Source of the DNA: Deltaproteobacteria bacterium | GTDB taxonomy: Bacteria; Desulfobacterota; DSM-4660; Desulfatiglandales; Desulfatiglandaceae | Length of the DNA: 64,000 nt | Assembly (NCBI GenBank): GCA_034522175.1 | Contig: JAXHLQ010000001.1 | Coordinates: forward strand, 4,529,685 to 4,593,684 | Direction: 5' to 3' | Part shown: positions 30,412 to 41,220 of the stretch, piece after piece | Layout of the letters: every line of letters begins with the position of its first letter | Position numbering within the stretch: the first letter of the stretch is position 1 | Translations under genes and position numbers: made by a program | Notes under the pieces: model-generated | Database searches by the model: none | Told to the model about the DNA's origin: nothing | Seen by the model: the letters and a program-made list of their open reading frames with translations, nothing else

Positions 30412-32825
30412 GTGAAAGTCAGTCTCAACTGGTTAAAAGAATACGTCCGGATCGCGATGCCGCCCCCGGAACTCGCCCATCTGTTGACCATGTTGGGGCT
30501 GGAAGTGGAGGGAATGGAGCCGGTCTGCGAGTCTCTGGACCATGTGGTTGTCGCCAGGATCCTGTCGGTCAGTCCCCACCCCAATGCGGATCGTCTTTCC
30601 GTTTGTCGCGTGGACACGGGGGAGGATCATGTGGATGTGGTGTGCGGCGCACCCAATGTGGCGGACGGGATGCTGGCCCCCCTGGCCCTGGTCGGATCCC
30701 GGCTCCCGAATGGTCAGGTCATGAAGGAGACCCGCATCAGGGGGGTCGTTTCGTGCGGGATGCTCCTGGCCGAAGATGAACTGGGATTGACCAACGACCA
30801 CAGCGGCATCATGCCGCTTTCGCCTGCGTTGCAGGTGGGGGCTCCATTGTCGTCTGCACTGGCTTTACCCGATTGGGTTCTGGATTTGAGTATTACGCCA
30901 AACCGCCCGGATTGCGCAAACGTGATGGGTGTTGCAAGGGAAATCGCGGCGGCGACAGGAGAATTTCTCATACGGCCGGAGGTAAAGCTTGAGACATCCG
31001 GCCCGCCCGTGGAAAAACTGACCCGTGTAACGATCCTGGATCCTGAGGGGTGCCCCCGCTACGTGGCCGGTGCCATACAGGGTGTCGAGCTGAAACCCGC
31101 CCCCTTCTGGCTGAGATATCGTCTGTATCAGTCTGGTATTCGGAGTATCAATAACCTGGTGGACATCACCAATTATGTCATGCTGGAAATGGGGCAACCG
31201 CTTCATGCCTTTGACTACCATCGTCTGAGAGAAAACCGAATAGAGGTAAGGAAAGCGGGGGATGGCGAGCGGTTTACCACCCTTGATGGGGAGTCGAGAC
31301 GTCTGACGTCGGAGACACTCCTGATCTGTGATGGAAAGCGACCGGTGGCCCTGGCAGGCATTATGGGCGGGCTTAATTCTGAAATTTTTGAGGGGACAAC
31401 CGATGTCCTGCTCGAGAGCGCTTTTTTTGATCCGGTGACCATTCGAAGGGCTTCAAAGCAGCTTGGCTTGTCCACTGAGGCCTCCTATCGCTTTGAAAGG
31501 GGAGGGGATGTTGAGGGCGTTGTTCATGCGCTTAAGCGGGCCTTGTCCCTCATGTCTATTCTCGGGGGCGGCACCATTGCGCAGGGTATGGTGGACAATT
31601 ACCCCAAGCCCCATTCACCCGAGACCATCCGGTTCAGGTCTGATCAGGCCAATCGACTTCTTGGTACCAGCCTGCCAACAGGTGTTATGAAGGGCTATTT
31701 AAAGGCGCTGGAGATGGATGTGAAAGACGCGGGGACGAATTCGCTGGATGTGACGCCCCCCTCATTCAGGGTGGACATTACCCGGGAGGTAGACCTCATC
31801 GAAGAAGTGGCCCGGATGGATGGGTTTGACAAAATCCCTGTGACCTACCCCAGAATCCGTCCCGGCGAAGAGGGGATGCTCCGGAGCTTGCGATCAGAGA
31901 CCAGATCAGATCCATATTGACGGGAATCGGTTTCAGCGAAATCATTACCTACAGCTTTATATCGCCCGAGTCCGCCGACACACTAAACGCAGACGAGACA
32001 AGTGATCTCAGAAGGTTTACCGGATTGATGAACCCGCTCAGCAAGGATCAGTCGGTCCTCAGGACATCTTTACTCCCAGGGGTGATGGCCACGGTCGCAC
32101 ACAACCGGCTCAACGGTGAAAAAGACCTTAGGCTTTTTGAATGGGGAAAGGTATTCAAAAACCGAAAGGGCGACCCCCAGCCGTTGGAACAAAACATGCT
32201 GGTGGGCGCCATAACCGGGCGTGCACAGCAGAGGACATGGTACAGCAATAGACGGGATGTGGATTTTTATGATATCAAAGGATGTTTCGAGGCGCTCTTA
32301 ACGGGATTGGGCGTCGATTCTGCGCGCTTTGAGCGCAAAAACGGTTTTCCCGGTTACGATGCGGAGTCGTCGTGTGGGGTCTACGCCTCAAAAACCTGTA
32401 TCGGACAGATGGGCAAGGCATCTTCAAGCATGAAAGCGGCCTATGATATTGAAGAAGATGATGTCTTCATTTTTGAAATGAATGTCGCGGAACTGCTGCC
32501 CTTCATACCCACAGAAAAGCGGTTTCGTCCGTTCCCCAGGTTTCCAGCCGTCTACCGTGATATCTCACTGGTGGTGGATCAGCGTGTGGAGAGCGGCAGG
32601 ATTGTGGAATTCATCCAGGAAACAGGGAAAGACCTATTGGAGTCCGTTCACATTTTTGACATCTATGAGGGAGATCAAATCGGCGAGTGCGAAAAGGCCA
32701 TAGCTTTCAGGATAAGCTACCGGTCGGATAAAGGGACCCTCGACGGTGACACGGTGAACCGGCTATATGAGCGTATGATCCGTAAGGTATGCAATGAAAC
32801 GGGTGGCAGGCTGAGAGAGGGGTAA
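30412..32825 (+). CDS. pheT: Phenylalanine--tRNA ligase beta subunit, with a frameshift in the G4 run at 31872-31875.
   Basis: ORFs 30412..31920 and 31917..32825 join when one G is added: ...RIRPGEEGDAPELAIRDQIRSILTGIGFSEIITYSF... Confidence 0.9.
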
Positions 32826-32829
32826 TGTC

Positions 32830-33156
32830 ATGGTGGAGATCCCTGAAAACAGGCGGTATTTCCGGATAGGGGAGACCAGCAGGATCGTGGGTGTCGCCCC
32901 CTATGTACTGCGCTACTGGGAGAGCGAATTTCCCCAGGTAAAGCCAAAGCGTGCGGATTCGAATCAGCGGACGTATCAGCGGAAGGAGATCGAAACGCTT
33001 CTAAATATCAAGCGATTGCTCTATGAGGAGGGCATGACCATCGAGGGCGCCAGACGGGTTTTGCGTAAGGGTCGGACACAGCAGACAGAAATACCGGTTC
33101 CTTCCCTCAAGGAAATCAAGACCGAGCTATACGGTATTCTGGATATTCTGAGATAG
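32830..33156 (+). CDS. MerR-family transcriptional regulator.
   Basis: 108 aa with an N-terminal HTH (FRIGETSRIVGVAPYVLRYWESEF). Confidence 0.8.
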   Translation: MVEIPENRRYFRIGETSRIVGVAPYVLRYWESEFPQVKPKRADSNQRTYQRKEIETLLNIKRLLYEEGMTIEGARRVLRKGRTQQTEIPVPSLKEIKTELYGILDILR

Positions 33157-33208
33157 TGCGCAGTTGGGGGAAACTCAATAATGGCCTATGATCCGTGCGA
33201 GGCGTTTT

Positions 33209-33496
33209 TCATCTCTTGGCATTTATTTTGTCGCGGAGAACGCCTGATGTCTTAAAGACGATCACCCGTCTTTCCCTCAGTTGAAGGTCCTGAGTGGTCT
33301 GGGGATTGCGCCCGCGCCTCGCCGATTTTTCCTTTACCACAAACTTGCCAAAACCGCTGATGAGGAGGTCCTCACCGTTTTCCAGGTTTTTCTTGATTAG
33401 TTCAAGAAGTGCCTCAGTGACAGTTCGGGACTGGATTTTGCTGAGTCCCACCTGATGATAAATCGTGTCGATGATTTTTTCTTTGGTCAGGGCCAC
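33209..33496 (-). CDS. Integration host factor/HU-family DNA-binding protein (IHF-alpha-like).
   Basis: ...GFGKFVVKEKSARRGRNPQTTQDLQLRERRVIVFKTSGVLRDKI. The start is preferred at GTG 33494-33496, preceded by AGGAGGA. Confidence 0.8.
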   Translation of the reverse strand: MALTKEKIIDTIYHQVGLSKIQSRTVTEALLELIKKNLENGEDLLISGFGKFVVKEKSARRGRNPQTTQDLQLRERRVIVFKTSGVLRDKINAKR

Positions 33497-33623
33497 CTTT
33501 GATCCTCCTATCACGTAACTGAATGGCAAACCAAGCTCTTCCTACCCTATCCCCACACTTCAAAACGGCAGCGTGTTGTATGAATTTATCAAGCAATAAA
33601 TATGGCTTAAGGTCAAATGGGTG

Positions 33624-34121
33624 TCAAGCTTTTTTTGCGTCCGAAAATTTTGCCTTGAGTTTTTTATTGACCTCATCAGGGACAAGACCGCTGATATCTC
33701 CCCCGAAACTGGCAGCCTCCTTAATGATGGTGGAACTGGTGTAGAACCACTTGTAATCGGTCATGAGAAACACCGATTGGATATTCCGGTCCATTTTTCG
33801 GTTCATCAGCGCCATTTGAAATTCATATTCGAAATCAGAAAGGGCCCTCAGCCCTCTGAGAATGACATTGGCCCCGCGTCTCGCCACGTAATCGACCAGC
33901 AGGCCGTCGAAGGTGTCGATCTCCGCATTGGGTTCGTTTTTGACAGCCGATTTAATCATACGGATTCTCTCTTTAACGGTGAAGAGGGGATCTTTCTGGG
34001 GATTATTGAGTATGGCAATGACCACCTTATCGAATATGGTCAACGCCCGGTTGATGATGCTGAGATGTCCATTGGTAATCGGGTCAAAAAAGCCGGGGTA
34101 AATTGCCGTTCTTGAACTCAT
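33624..34121 (-). CDS. coaD: Pantetheine-phosphate adenylyltransferase.
   Basis: MSSRTAIYPGFFDPITNGHLSIINRA...; the start is taken at the internal Met of tracked ORF 33624..34166. Confidence 0.9.
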   Translation of the reverse strand: MSSRTAIYPGFFDPITNGHLSIINRALTIFDKVVIAILNNPQKDPLFTVKERIRMIKSAVKNEPNAEIDTFDGLLVDYVARRGANVILRGLRALSDFEYEFQMALMNRKMDRNIQSVFLMTDYKWFYTSSTIIKEAASFGGDISGLVPDEVNKKLKAKFSDAKKA

Positions 34122-34710
34122 GATGCCTCCTTGTGGATTTGGCTGATTCATGCGGTTTGTGTACATAGAATGTTATTCGCGTATCACCATATGACCGGGT
34201 ATCGACGGCCCTCAAATACCCAATCTGTGGGGGTAACCGGTTATGGGTCGAGGTTTCGGCCACCGCCCATGCCCCGGGTGACAACCGTTTGTCCTTTGTC
34301 AGGTACGCCATCACGAACGGAATGCCGGTAAAGCGGTACGGCGGGTCAAGGAATACCAGATCAAACGGTTGTTGGGTGCTGGATAATGCCTTTGGAAGCC
34401 CTTTTCTCAGGTCTTTTCTCAGAACGCGTGCCGATTCACCATGGCCGCATAATGCGATGTTTTTACGGATGAGTCGAATGGCCTCGCGGGAATGGTCGAT
34501 GAACACAGCAGACCCGGCGCCGCGACTCAGGGCCTCCAGCCCCAGACTGCCGGTGCCTGAAAAGAGGTCGAGCACGGCTATTCCATCAAGGTCTTGTCCC
34601 AGGATGCTGAATATGGCCTCTCGCACCTTGTCCGAGGTGGGACGAATGAGCGCGCTTCTGGGGATCTTTGACAGGATTCGGCCGCTGTCACTGCCGCCGG
34701 TAATTCTCAT
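34084..34710 (-). CDS. rsmD: 16S rRNA (guanine966-N2)-methyltransferase RsmD.
   Basis: ...RPTSDKVREAIFSIL...LDLFSGTGSLGLEALSRGA...VFLDPPY... Its 3' end overlaps coaD by 38 nt. Confidence 0.85.
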   Translation of the reverse strand: MRITGGSDSGRILSKIPRSALIRPTSDKVREAIFSILGQDLDGIAVLDLFSGTGSLGLEALSRGAGSAVFIDHSREAIRLIRKNIALCGHGESARVLRKDLRKGLPKALSSTQQPFDLVFLDPPYRFTGIPFVMAYLTKDKRLSPGAWAVAETSTHNRLPPQIGYLRAVDTRSYGDTRITFYVHKPHESAKSTRRHHEFKNGNLPRLF

Positions 34711-34731
34711 GTTGTGTCTGCTGCGACAAAA

Positions 34732-35508
34732 TCACTTTTCATCAACGAGGGACACTTCTTCCCTTGGCGCCTTTTCCGCCGTTCTCTTCTTTTTGTACCG
34801 ATACCATGTAATCACCGGACCCGAAAAAACGTACACAATCAATATGAAAAAGAGCATGATTTTGGGTTTATACGCCACCACAATCAGTACGAGGATGGTG
34901 GCCACCAGCACATTAAAGGGCTTTTGCTTTTTCGGTTCAAATTCTTTGAAGCTAAAATAATCGACCGTGCTGACCATGAGAAATGACAGGGTGTACACGA
35001 TAATGAGAATAATGAATGGCCCGGACAGAGGCAACCCACCGAGAAGCATGGTAAATAGGATGAGGGAAGCGATGAAGCTCGCTGCGGCGGGTATGGGCAA
35101 TCCCTTGAAATAGTTGGCTTCCACGGTTGCTTTCTGGACGTTGAACCTCGCGAGCCTGAGTGCGCCGCATATAACGTACATAAAACAGGCCAGCCACCCC
35201 AATCGGCCAAACGGTTCCAGTGCCCATTGAAATGCCAGGATGGCGGGTGCGACGCCGAAGGCAACAAGATCGGAGAGGGAATCATACTCGGTGCCAAAAG
35301 GGCTTGTGGAATGGGTGAAACGGGCGATTTTTCCGTCGAGGGCATCAAAAACGCACGATATCAGGATCGCCACAGCGGCTGTTTCATACCGGCCCTGAAT
35401 AGCCGCTATAATGGCGAAAAAGCCACTGAAAAGGCTCGCAGAGGTAAAGAGATTGGGGAGGACGTAAATGCCACGCTTTTTGGCCTTCTTTCTTCGTTTG
35501 GATGTCAT
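34732..35508 (-). CDS. pssA: CDP-diacylglycerol--serine O-phosphatidyltransferase.
   Basis: CDP-alcohol phosphatidyltransferase motif DALDGKIARFTHSTSPFGTEYDSLSDLVAFG. Confidence 0.85.
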   Translation of the reverse strand: MTSKRRKKAKKRGIYVLPNLFTSASLFSGFFAIIAAIQGRYETAAVAILISCVFDALDGKIARFTHSTSPFGTEYDSLSDLVAFGVAPAILAFQWALEPFGRLGWLACFMYVICGALRLARFNVQKATVEANYFKGLPIPAAASFIASLILFTMLLGGLPLSGPFIILIIVYTLSFLMVSTVDYFSFKEFEPKKQKPFNVLVATILVLIVVAYKPKIMLFFILIVYVFSGPVITWYRYKKKRTAEKAPREEVSLVDEK

Positions 35509-36164
35509 GATAAATATCCTATAACCGTTTGACCGGCTTTGACCTTATCCCCCTTTTGGACCACCATTCGGCTGTCCGCCGGGAGAAATACCTCTAACCG
35601 GGAACCGAACCTGATGAGACCAAAGCGCTGCCCTGAGGAGACCTTGTCCCCTTCTTCAACCCAACAGGCGATCCGCCTGGCGACGAGTCCTGCGATTTGA
35701 ATGACAGCCAGTTTTTGTGAATCCACCGTCTCCATCAACACCCGGTTATTCTCATTGTATCGGGAAGCCTTATCAAGATCTGCTGAAAAGAATTTGCCCG
35801 GTGTATAGTCGATTTTTCTGATGGTGCCCTGAACCGGTATCCTGTTGACGTGAACATCGAAGAGGGACATAAAGATAGAGACCTTCAGCGCAGCATGGCC
35901 TAAAGGGTTGTCATCACTCGGCACTTTCCGAACCTCCAAAACCTTTCCGTCTGCCGGTGTCAGCACCGATTTTTCAGCCGGATTATGCGGCCGTTCCGGG
36001 TCCCTGAAAAAGTAAAGGATAAAGAGGGTGATCAGGGAGAAAAAAATAGCGGGAATCAGCCATCCCAGAAAAAAGAATAAAAGAGTGATACCGCATCCGG
36101 CCAATACAAAAGGAAACCCCTCTTTTGCAATGGGCCATCGGTTTTTAATTCGTGAATCGTTCAA
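35505..36164 (-). CDS. psd: Phosphatidylserine decarboxylase proenzyme (short, Asd-type).
   Basis: 219 aa, with the self-cleavage-type motif ...GLIRFGSRLEVFLP near the C-terminus. It is adjacent to pssA. Confidence 0.85.
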   Translation of the reverse strand: MNDSRIKNRWPIAKEGFPFVLAGCGITLLFFFLGWLIPAIFFSLITLFILYFFRDPERPHNPAEKSVLTPADGKVLEVRKVPSDDNPLGHAALKVSIFMSLFDVHVNRIPVQGTIRKIDYTPGKFFSADLDKASRYNENNRVLMETVDSQKLAVIQIAGLVARRIACWVEEGDKVSSGQRFGLIRFGSRLEVFLPADSRMVVQKGDKVKAGQTVIGYLS

Positions 36165-36347
36165 ATCAAGCGCTGCCTGGTACGGGGGTGGTAAATGGTT
36201 ATACGCATACTAGTGTCGTGTCATACATCAGATGTGACGGAACACTAGAGCAAGAACCAAAGTTTGTCATCATGTAAATAATTTTGCGTCCCCCTTCGTA
36301 TCATTTCCTTGGGGGCGATTCCGTTAGACTGCCCGGAGCATTCTCCT

Positions 36348-37106
36348 TTATCTCTTTTCAAGGGAATTGTCAACGGGGTAGCCGCGCGGGTCGGAAAGTG
36401 CTGCCATTGATTTGGTGAGAAGCGGAAACGGGTTCGGCCGGATATCCGGCGGGCGCATATACACAGGTGTAAGGGTCGCCGGATCATCGGGGTCTCCGTC
36501 ATTGAGGCGTTTGAGGGCCAGGAGGCCGATCTGGACGGGATTCAGCTGCCAGTTTTGAGGCGGTGCGAAAACCGCCCGGTCGCCAAGGACCTCCTTAATA
36601 AGCGGCCGCTGCCCTTCAAAATCATCGCCCACAAAGTGGGTGGGGCTCCTGAACACCTCGTGGAGATCCGTGAATTTCAGACAGATGTCTTTACTCTCCC
36701 TGACGAGCTCCCCACCTTTGTCCCGGGTGAAAAGGGCCGTGAACACCTCATTTTTTCTGGCGTAAAGAACGGGGGCAACAGGGAGGTTGGCGGGTGAAAC
36801 CCCGCTGGCCATGGCCGCCATTGTGGAGATACCCACCAGGGGAAGGCCGAGCGCGTGGCACACCCCTTTTGCCAGGGACAGGCTCACTCGGAGTCCCGTA
36901 AAACTGCCCGGGCCCGATGCCACTGCAACCGCGGTGATATCGGCCGTTGTGCGTACGGATTCCCTTAAGAGGAAATCGAATGCAGGCATCAAGGTACCAA
37001 AATGACCCTTTTGCCGGGGGAGCATGATCTTCGAGTGAACCGTGCCGTTCGCTGCCATCAGGGCGATGCCGAACTGAGGCGTGGCCGTGTTAAGGGCGAG
37101 GATCAT
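36348..37106 (-). CDS. tsaB: tRNA threonylcarbamoyladenosine biosynthesis protein TsaB.
   Basis: MILALNTATPQFGIALMAANG...VAVASGPGSFTGLRVSLSLAKG... Confidence 0.8.
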   Translation of the reverse strand: MILALNTATPQFGIALMAANGTVHSKIMLPRQKGHFGTLMPAFDFLLRESVRTTADITAVAVASGPGSFTGLRVSLSLAKGVCHALGLPLVGISTMAAMASGVSPANLPVAPVLYARKNEVFTALFTRDKGGELVRESKDICLKFTDLHEVFRSPTHFVGDDFEGQRPLIKEVLGDRAVFAPPQNWQLNPVQIGLLALKRLNDGDPDDPATLTPVYMRPPDIRPNPFPLLTKSMAALSDPRGYPVDNSLEKR

Positions 37107-37166
37107 GAGGGTTTTGGGGATTGAAGGTGAGAAGGTCGATGCGGTGTATTCTGCCCGGGACCATTT

Positions 37167-38249
37167 TTATTCCAGGAGTCTGGCAATATCATTGTAGATC
37201 ACCACCGCCATGAGCATGATCAACAGAACGAGGCCGGTTTTTTGTGCGATTTCGCGTTTTCTCAGGTTGAGCGGTCTTCCCGTGATGAGCTCAATAAAAA
37301 GGAAAATGATAAAGCCTCCATCAAGGATGGGCACCGGTAAGAGATTCAATATACCCAGGTTAATACTGATCACTGCAGTAAAAGGGATCAGGTAAATCCA
37401 GTTTTCCTGGGCCAGCTGGCCGGTCATCTGGCCGATCAGGATGGGCCCGCCCAGCGTCTTGATGGGTACCACCTGCTGAAAAAGCTTTACGATGGTCAAA
37501 CAGGTCAGTTCAATGATCTCCCATGTTTTTCTGAAGCCCTCACCAATGGCTTCGAGCGGCCCGAGGGAAACTTTTTTGAAATGGCCTGCAGCCACAATCC
37601 CAACCAGCGGCGTCTTTATCTCTTCCCCGAAAAGATTTTTGACCACGCTGACTTGAGGGGTCACAGACACGGATATAACCCCATCCCCTCGTTTGGCCTT
37701 TATTCGTAGGGCCTCGCCTTGATTCTTTTCGACGTGGGATTTGATGTCATCCCATGCGTGAATCGGCTGGTCATCGATGGCCACAATCATATCTCCTTTT
37801 TGGAGACCCGCCCGGGCCGCGGGGGAGCCCTCGCGGATTTGTCCGATTTCGGGCGTCATGACCTGAATACCGGAGAACAGAAAAGATGCACAAAAGATGA
37901 ATAGGGCGAGGATTAGATTGAAGATGGGTCCGGCGGCGACAATGGCGATCCGTTTGCCCACGTGTTTATTGCTGAACGATTTCTCCTCGTCTTCAGGGGA
38001 AAGGGGCTCTTCCTCGTCCTCCTCGCTTTCCCCCAGCATTTTGACATATCCCCCGAGGGGAACGGCTGAAATGAGATATTCGGTTTCCCCCACCTTTTTT
38101 CCCACGAGCTTGGGTCCAAACCCTAAAGAGAACTTGAGCACCTTTACCCCGAAATATTTCGCGGTGAGAAAGTGTCCCAGTTCATGAAAAAAAATCAGAA
38201 CCCCCAACACAATGGCAAAAGGGAGTATGTAGTAGAAAAAAAACGGCAT
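37167..38249 (-). CDS. rseP: RIP (site-2) zinc metalloprotease RseP.
   Basis: HELGH motif, a PDZ segment and the C-terminal NLLPVPILDGG motif. Confidence 0.9.
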   Translation of the reverse strand: MPFFFYYILPFAIVLGVLIFFHELGHFLTAKYFGVKVLKFSLGFGPKLVGKKVGETEYLISAVPLGGYVKMLGESEEDEEEPLSPEDEEKSFSNKHVGKRIAIVAAGPIFNLILALFIFCASFLFSGIQVMTPEIGQIREGSPAARAGLQKGDMIVAIDDQPIHAWDDIKSHVEKNQGEALRIKAKRGDGVISVSVTPQVSVVKNLFGEEIKTPLVGIVAAGHFKKVSLGPLEAIGEGFRKTWEIIELTCLTIVKLFQQVVPIKTLGGPILIGQMTGQLAQENWIYLIPFTAVISINLGILNLLPVPILDGGFIIFLFIELITGRPLNLRKREIAQKTGLVLLIMLMAVVIYNDIARLLE

Positions 38250-38327
38250 TGGCTTCCTATTGTGGCATCAGTGTATACATCTCGATAAGATAAGGAAAAT
38301 GGCGGTTTTTCATTTTCCAATCATCAA

Positions 38328-39485
38328 TCAACCATCGTCAATCAACAATCCGGTGGTCTCTCTGGCCCACCGGTCCGTTTCTATGATCCGTTCGATATGG
38401 TCTAAGGAATGGGTGGTGTGAGCCATCATGGATTTCTCGATGAATGAAGGGATATCCAGAAAACCGATTCTTCCCTTTAAAAACGCCTCGACCGCCACCT
38501 CATTGGCCGCGTTAAGTACTGCGGGCATGCTCCCCCCTTCTTCCGCCGCCTGGAGCGCCAGATCCAGGCATTTGAATCGTTTTAAATCCGGTTCCTGAAA
38601 TGTCAAGTTCCCGACCTTTGCCAGGTCCAGCGGGGTCAGCCCGTTTTCCAGGTGTCTGGGATAGGAAAGTGCATAAGCAATGGGGATCTTCATGTCCGGA
38701 ATACCCAATTGAGCGATGACCGATCCGTCACGGTATTCCACCATGGAATGCAGGATGCTTTCCGGGTGAATCAGGATACCGATTTGATCGATGCTGAGAT
38801 CAAAGAGCCATTTGGCTTCAATGACCTCGAGCCCCTTGTTCATCATGGATGCAGAATCGATGGTGATTTTGGGACCCATATCCCAATTGGGGTGCTTCAG
38901 GGCCTCGGTTGCCGTGACGGTTTTCATTCGTTCCAAGGTGGACTCTCTGAAAGGTCCTCCGGAAGCGGTGAGGATGATACGGTTGACATCTTCCTTCGAG
39001 TGACCCCTCAATGACTGGAAAATGGCGCTGTGTTCGCTGTCGACAGGGTATATGGGTACGCCCTTTTCCTTGGCCGCATTCATGATGAGCGGGCCGGCCA
39101 TCACGAGCGTTTCCTTGTTGGCCAGTGCAATCGCTTTGCCGCTTTGAATGGCTTCATGGGTGGGAATGAGGCCTGCTGCACCGGTCATGGCGGAGATGAC
39201 GGTATCCACCTCCTCCATGGAGGCGATCTGTTTGTAGCCGTCCTGGCCATAGAGGATTGTTAATGCCGTATGTCCGTTGAGGCGCTTTTTGAGCTCGGCG
39301 GCGATGGGGGCCTCCAGCACGGATACGGCCCGGGGGGTAAACCGTTTGATCTGCTCAAGAAGCAGATCGACGTTCTTCGCAGCGGTGAGGGCGGTCACCT
39401 CGTAATGATCTGGATTGGCGCCGATGACCTCGAGGGCGCTGACGCCGATGGACCCGGTGGATCCCAATATGGCAATCTTTTTCAT
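38328..39485 (-). CDS. dxr: 1-deoxy-D-xylulose-5-phosphate reductoisomerase.
   Basis: MKKIAILGSTGSIGVSALEVI...LANKETLV...PVDSEHSAIFQ... Confidence 0.95.
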   Translation of the reverse strand: MKKIAILGSTGSIGVSALEVIGANPDHYEVTALTAAKNVDLLLEQIKRFTPRAVSVLEAPIAAELKKRLNGHTALTILYGQDGYKQIASMEEVDTVISAMTGAAGLIPTHEAIQSGKAIALANKETLVMAGPLIMNAAKEKGVPIYPVDSEHSAIFQSLRGHSKEDVNRIILTASGGPFRESTLERMKTVTATEALKHPNWDMGPKITIDSASMMNKGLEVIEAKWLFDLSIDQIGILIHPESILHSMVEYRDGSVIAQLGIPDMKIPIAYALSYPRHLENGLTPLDLAKVGNLTFQEPDLKRFKCLDLALQAAEEGGSMPAVLNAANEVAVEAFLKGRIGFLDIPSFIEKSMMAHTTHSLDHIERIIETDRWARETTGLLIDDG

Positions 39486-39573
39486 CTATTCGTCACTGTT
39501 CAACGTAAATTAAGGTCACATTCGGGTGAATTAGCAGGTTTCAATCAACAACCGGCGTTGATCCATCTTAATC

Positions 39574-40368
39574 CTACCAGAGAAGATACACGAAAAGGAT
39601 GGGGATTGCAAAGAGCAGCCCGTCGATCCGATCCAGAATGCCCCCATGTCCAGGGAGAATATGCCCGGAATCCTTTATGCCGTGGTTTCGTTTTAACAAG
39701 GACTCCGCCAAATCCCCGATTTGGGCGGCTGCGGACAAAAGCGTCACGAGGGCCAGCACCTGAAGGTTTAACGGGCGCAGGGGAATGAAAATGAGAAACA
39801 CGAGGGCCACTATTAAACTGCCCAGCCAGCCGCCGACGGCCCCCTCCCAGGTCTTGCCCGGGCTGACCCTTGGATGTAATTTGTGTTTTCCCAGGGCCTT
39901 CCCCGCGTAAAAGGCCCCGGTGTCTCCGGCGAATACCACCAAAAGCAGAAAAAACACCCAGGCACGGCCCAAGGGGCGAAAGTAGATGAGCGACAGGAGG
40001 ACCAGCGGCAGCGAAACATAAATGCTTCCGAAGACCCCTTTCGCCGTTCGAACGGTGATGGTTTCTCCGGGCGGTGTGTGTTCAAAGACCGAGAGGGCCA
40101 TGGGAAAAAGGGCGTAGAACCAAATGAGGACAGGGATAAAAAAAAACTGGCGCAGGGCAAGGGCGGAAAAAAGCGCAATCGTCAAGAGCATATTCCATAC
40201 AAGAAACGACCTCGGCGGCTTGGTGTCTGTCAGGCTGTAACACTCAAACATGCCCACGATGGCGGCCGCGCAGAGGAGGGCAAGAAACCCCCATTTGGGG
40301 CCGTAGCCCACAATAAAGACCAGGGCAGGGACGGCAATGATAGCGGTCAGCCATCTTTTCAGATGCAT
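39574..40368 (-). CDS. cdsA: Phosphatidate cytidylyltransferase.
   Basis: Signature SLLKRNHGIKDSGHILPGHGGILDRIDG. Confidence 0.9.
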   Translation of the reverse strand: MHLKRWLTAIIAVPALVFIVGYGPKWGFLALLCAAAIVGMFECYSLTDTKPPRSFLVWNMLLTIALFSALALRQFFFIPVLIWFYALFPMALSVFEHTPPGETITVRTAKGVFGSIYVSLPLVLLSLIYFRPLGRAWVFFLLLVVFAGDTGAFYAGKALGKHKLHPRVSPGKTWEGAVGGWLGSLIVALVFLIFIPLRPLNLQVLALVTLLSAAAQIGDLAESLLKRNHGIKDSGHILPGHGGILDRIDGLLFAIPILFVYLLW

Positions 40369-40389
40369 CTGTTTTGCTGCTCCCTGGCG

Positions 40390-41124
40390 TCAGCGTGTGG
40401 TTTTCGTGTCGCCAAATCGGCGGTCCCGTTGCTGGAATTCTTCGAGGGCCTTCAGGTATTCAGCCTTGTTAAAATCGGGCCACAGGGTAGAGGTGATGTA
40501 CAATTCGGTGTATGAAAGTTGCCAGAGGAGAAAATTGCTGATCCGATACTCGCCGCTGGTCCGGATGAGAAGGTCGGGGTCGGGCATCCCCCTGGTGTAA
40601 AGGGCATTTGAAATGAGCTCCTCGGAAACGTCCCCGCTATTGAGCTTGCCGGCCTCGATCCTCCTGCCGATGCGTTGAATTGCATCGATAATCTCCTGTC
40701 TTCCGCCATAGCTCAGGGCCAGCGTCAGGACCATATCCGTGTTGGTTTTTGTCTTTGCCATGGTATCCCGCAGGGTATTTCGCGTGTCGGATGGGAGCTT
40801 TTCCGTCCGGCCGATGGTATTGAGCCGAATACCATTTTTCTGCATCGTTGGCAATTCGCTCTTCAGAAAACGCTTAAGGAGGCTCATGAGCGCCCTGATC
40901 TCATGCTTCGGACGCTGCCAGTTCTCCTCTGAAAAGGCATACAGGGTCAACCATGGAATGTTGAGTTCGCGATTGGCCGTGACGATCTTCCTCACGGCGC
41001 TTGCGCCCTTTTCATGACCCAGAACGCGTTTCAGGCCTTTTTGTTTGGCCCATCGGCCGTTACCGTCCATAATGACGGCCACGTGTCGGGGTAAGGTATG
41101 GGGAGGGGTTGAGTTCATGGGCAT
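40390..41124 (-). CDS. uppS: Isoprenyl transferase (undecaprenyl-diphosphate synthase).
   Basis: HVAVIMDGNGRWA...LTLYAFSEENWQRP...RTSGEYRISNFLLWQLSYTEL. Confidence 0.95.
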   Translation of the reverse strand: MPMNSTPPHTLPRHVAVIMDGNGRWAKQKGLKRVLGHEKGASAVRKIVTANRELNIPWLTLYAFSEENWQRPKHEIRALMSLLKRFLKSELPTMQKNGIRLNTIGRTEKLPSDTRNTLRDTMAKTKTNTDMVLTLALSYGGRQEIIDAIQRIGRRIEAGKLNSGDVSEELISNALYTRGMPDPDLLIRTSGEYRISNFLLWQLSYTELYITSTLWPDFNKAEYLKALEEFQQRDRRFGDTKTTR

Positions 41125-41220
41125 ATGGGGATTTTTGGGTTAAGGCAAGTGCTCGGAAATGTGTATGGATAGCAGATCGCAGCTTCTATAAAAAAGCGAA
41201 GATATCCGGTCGCGTTCAAT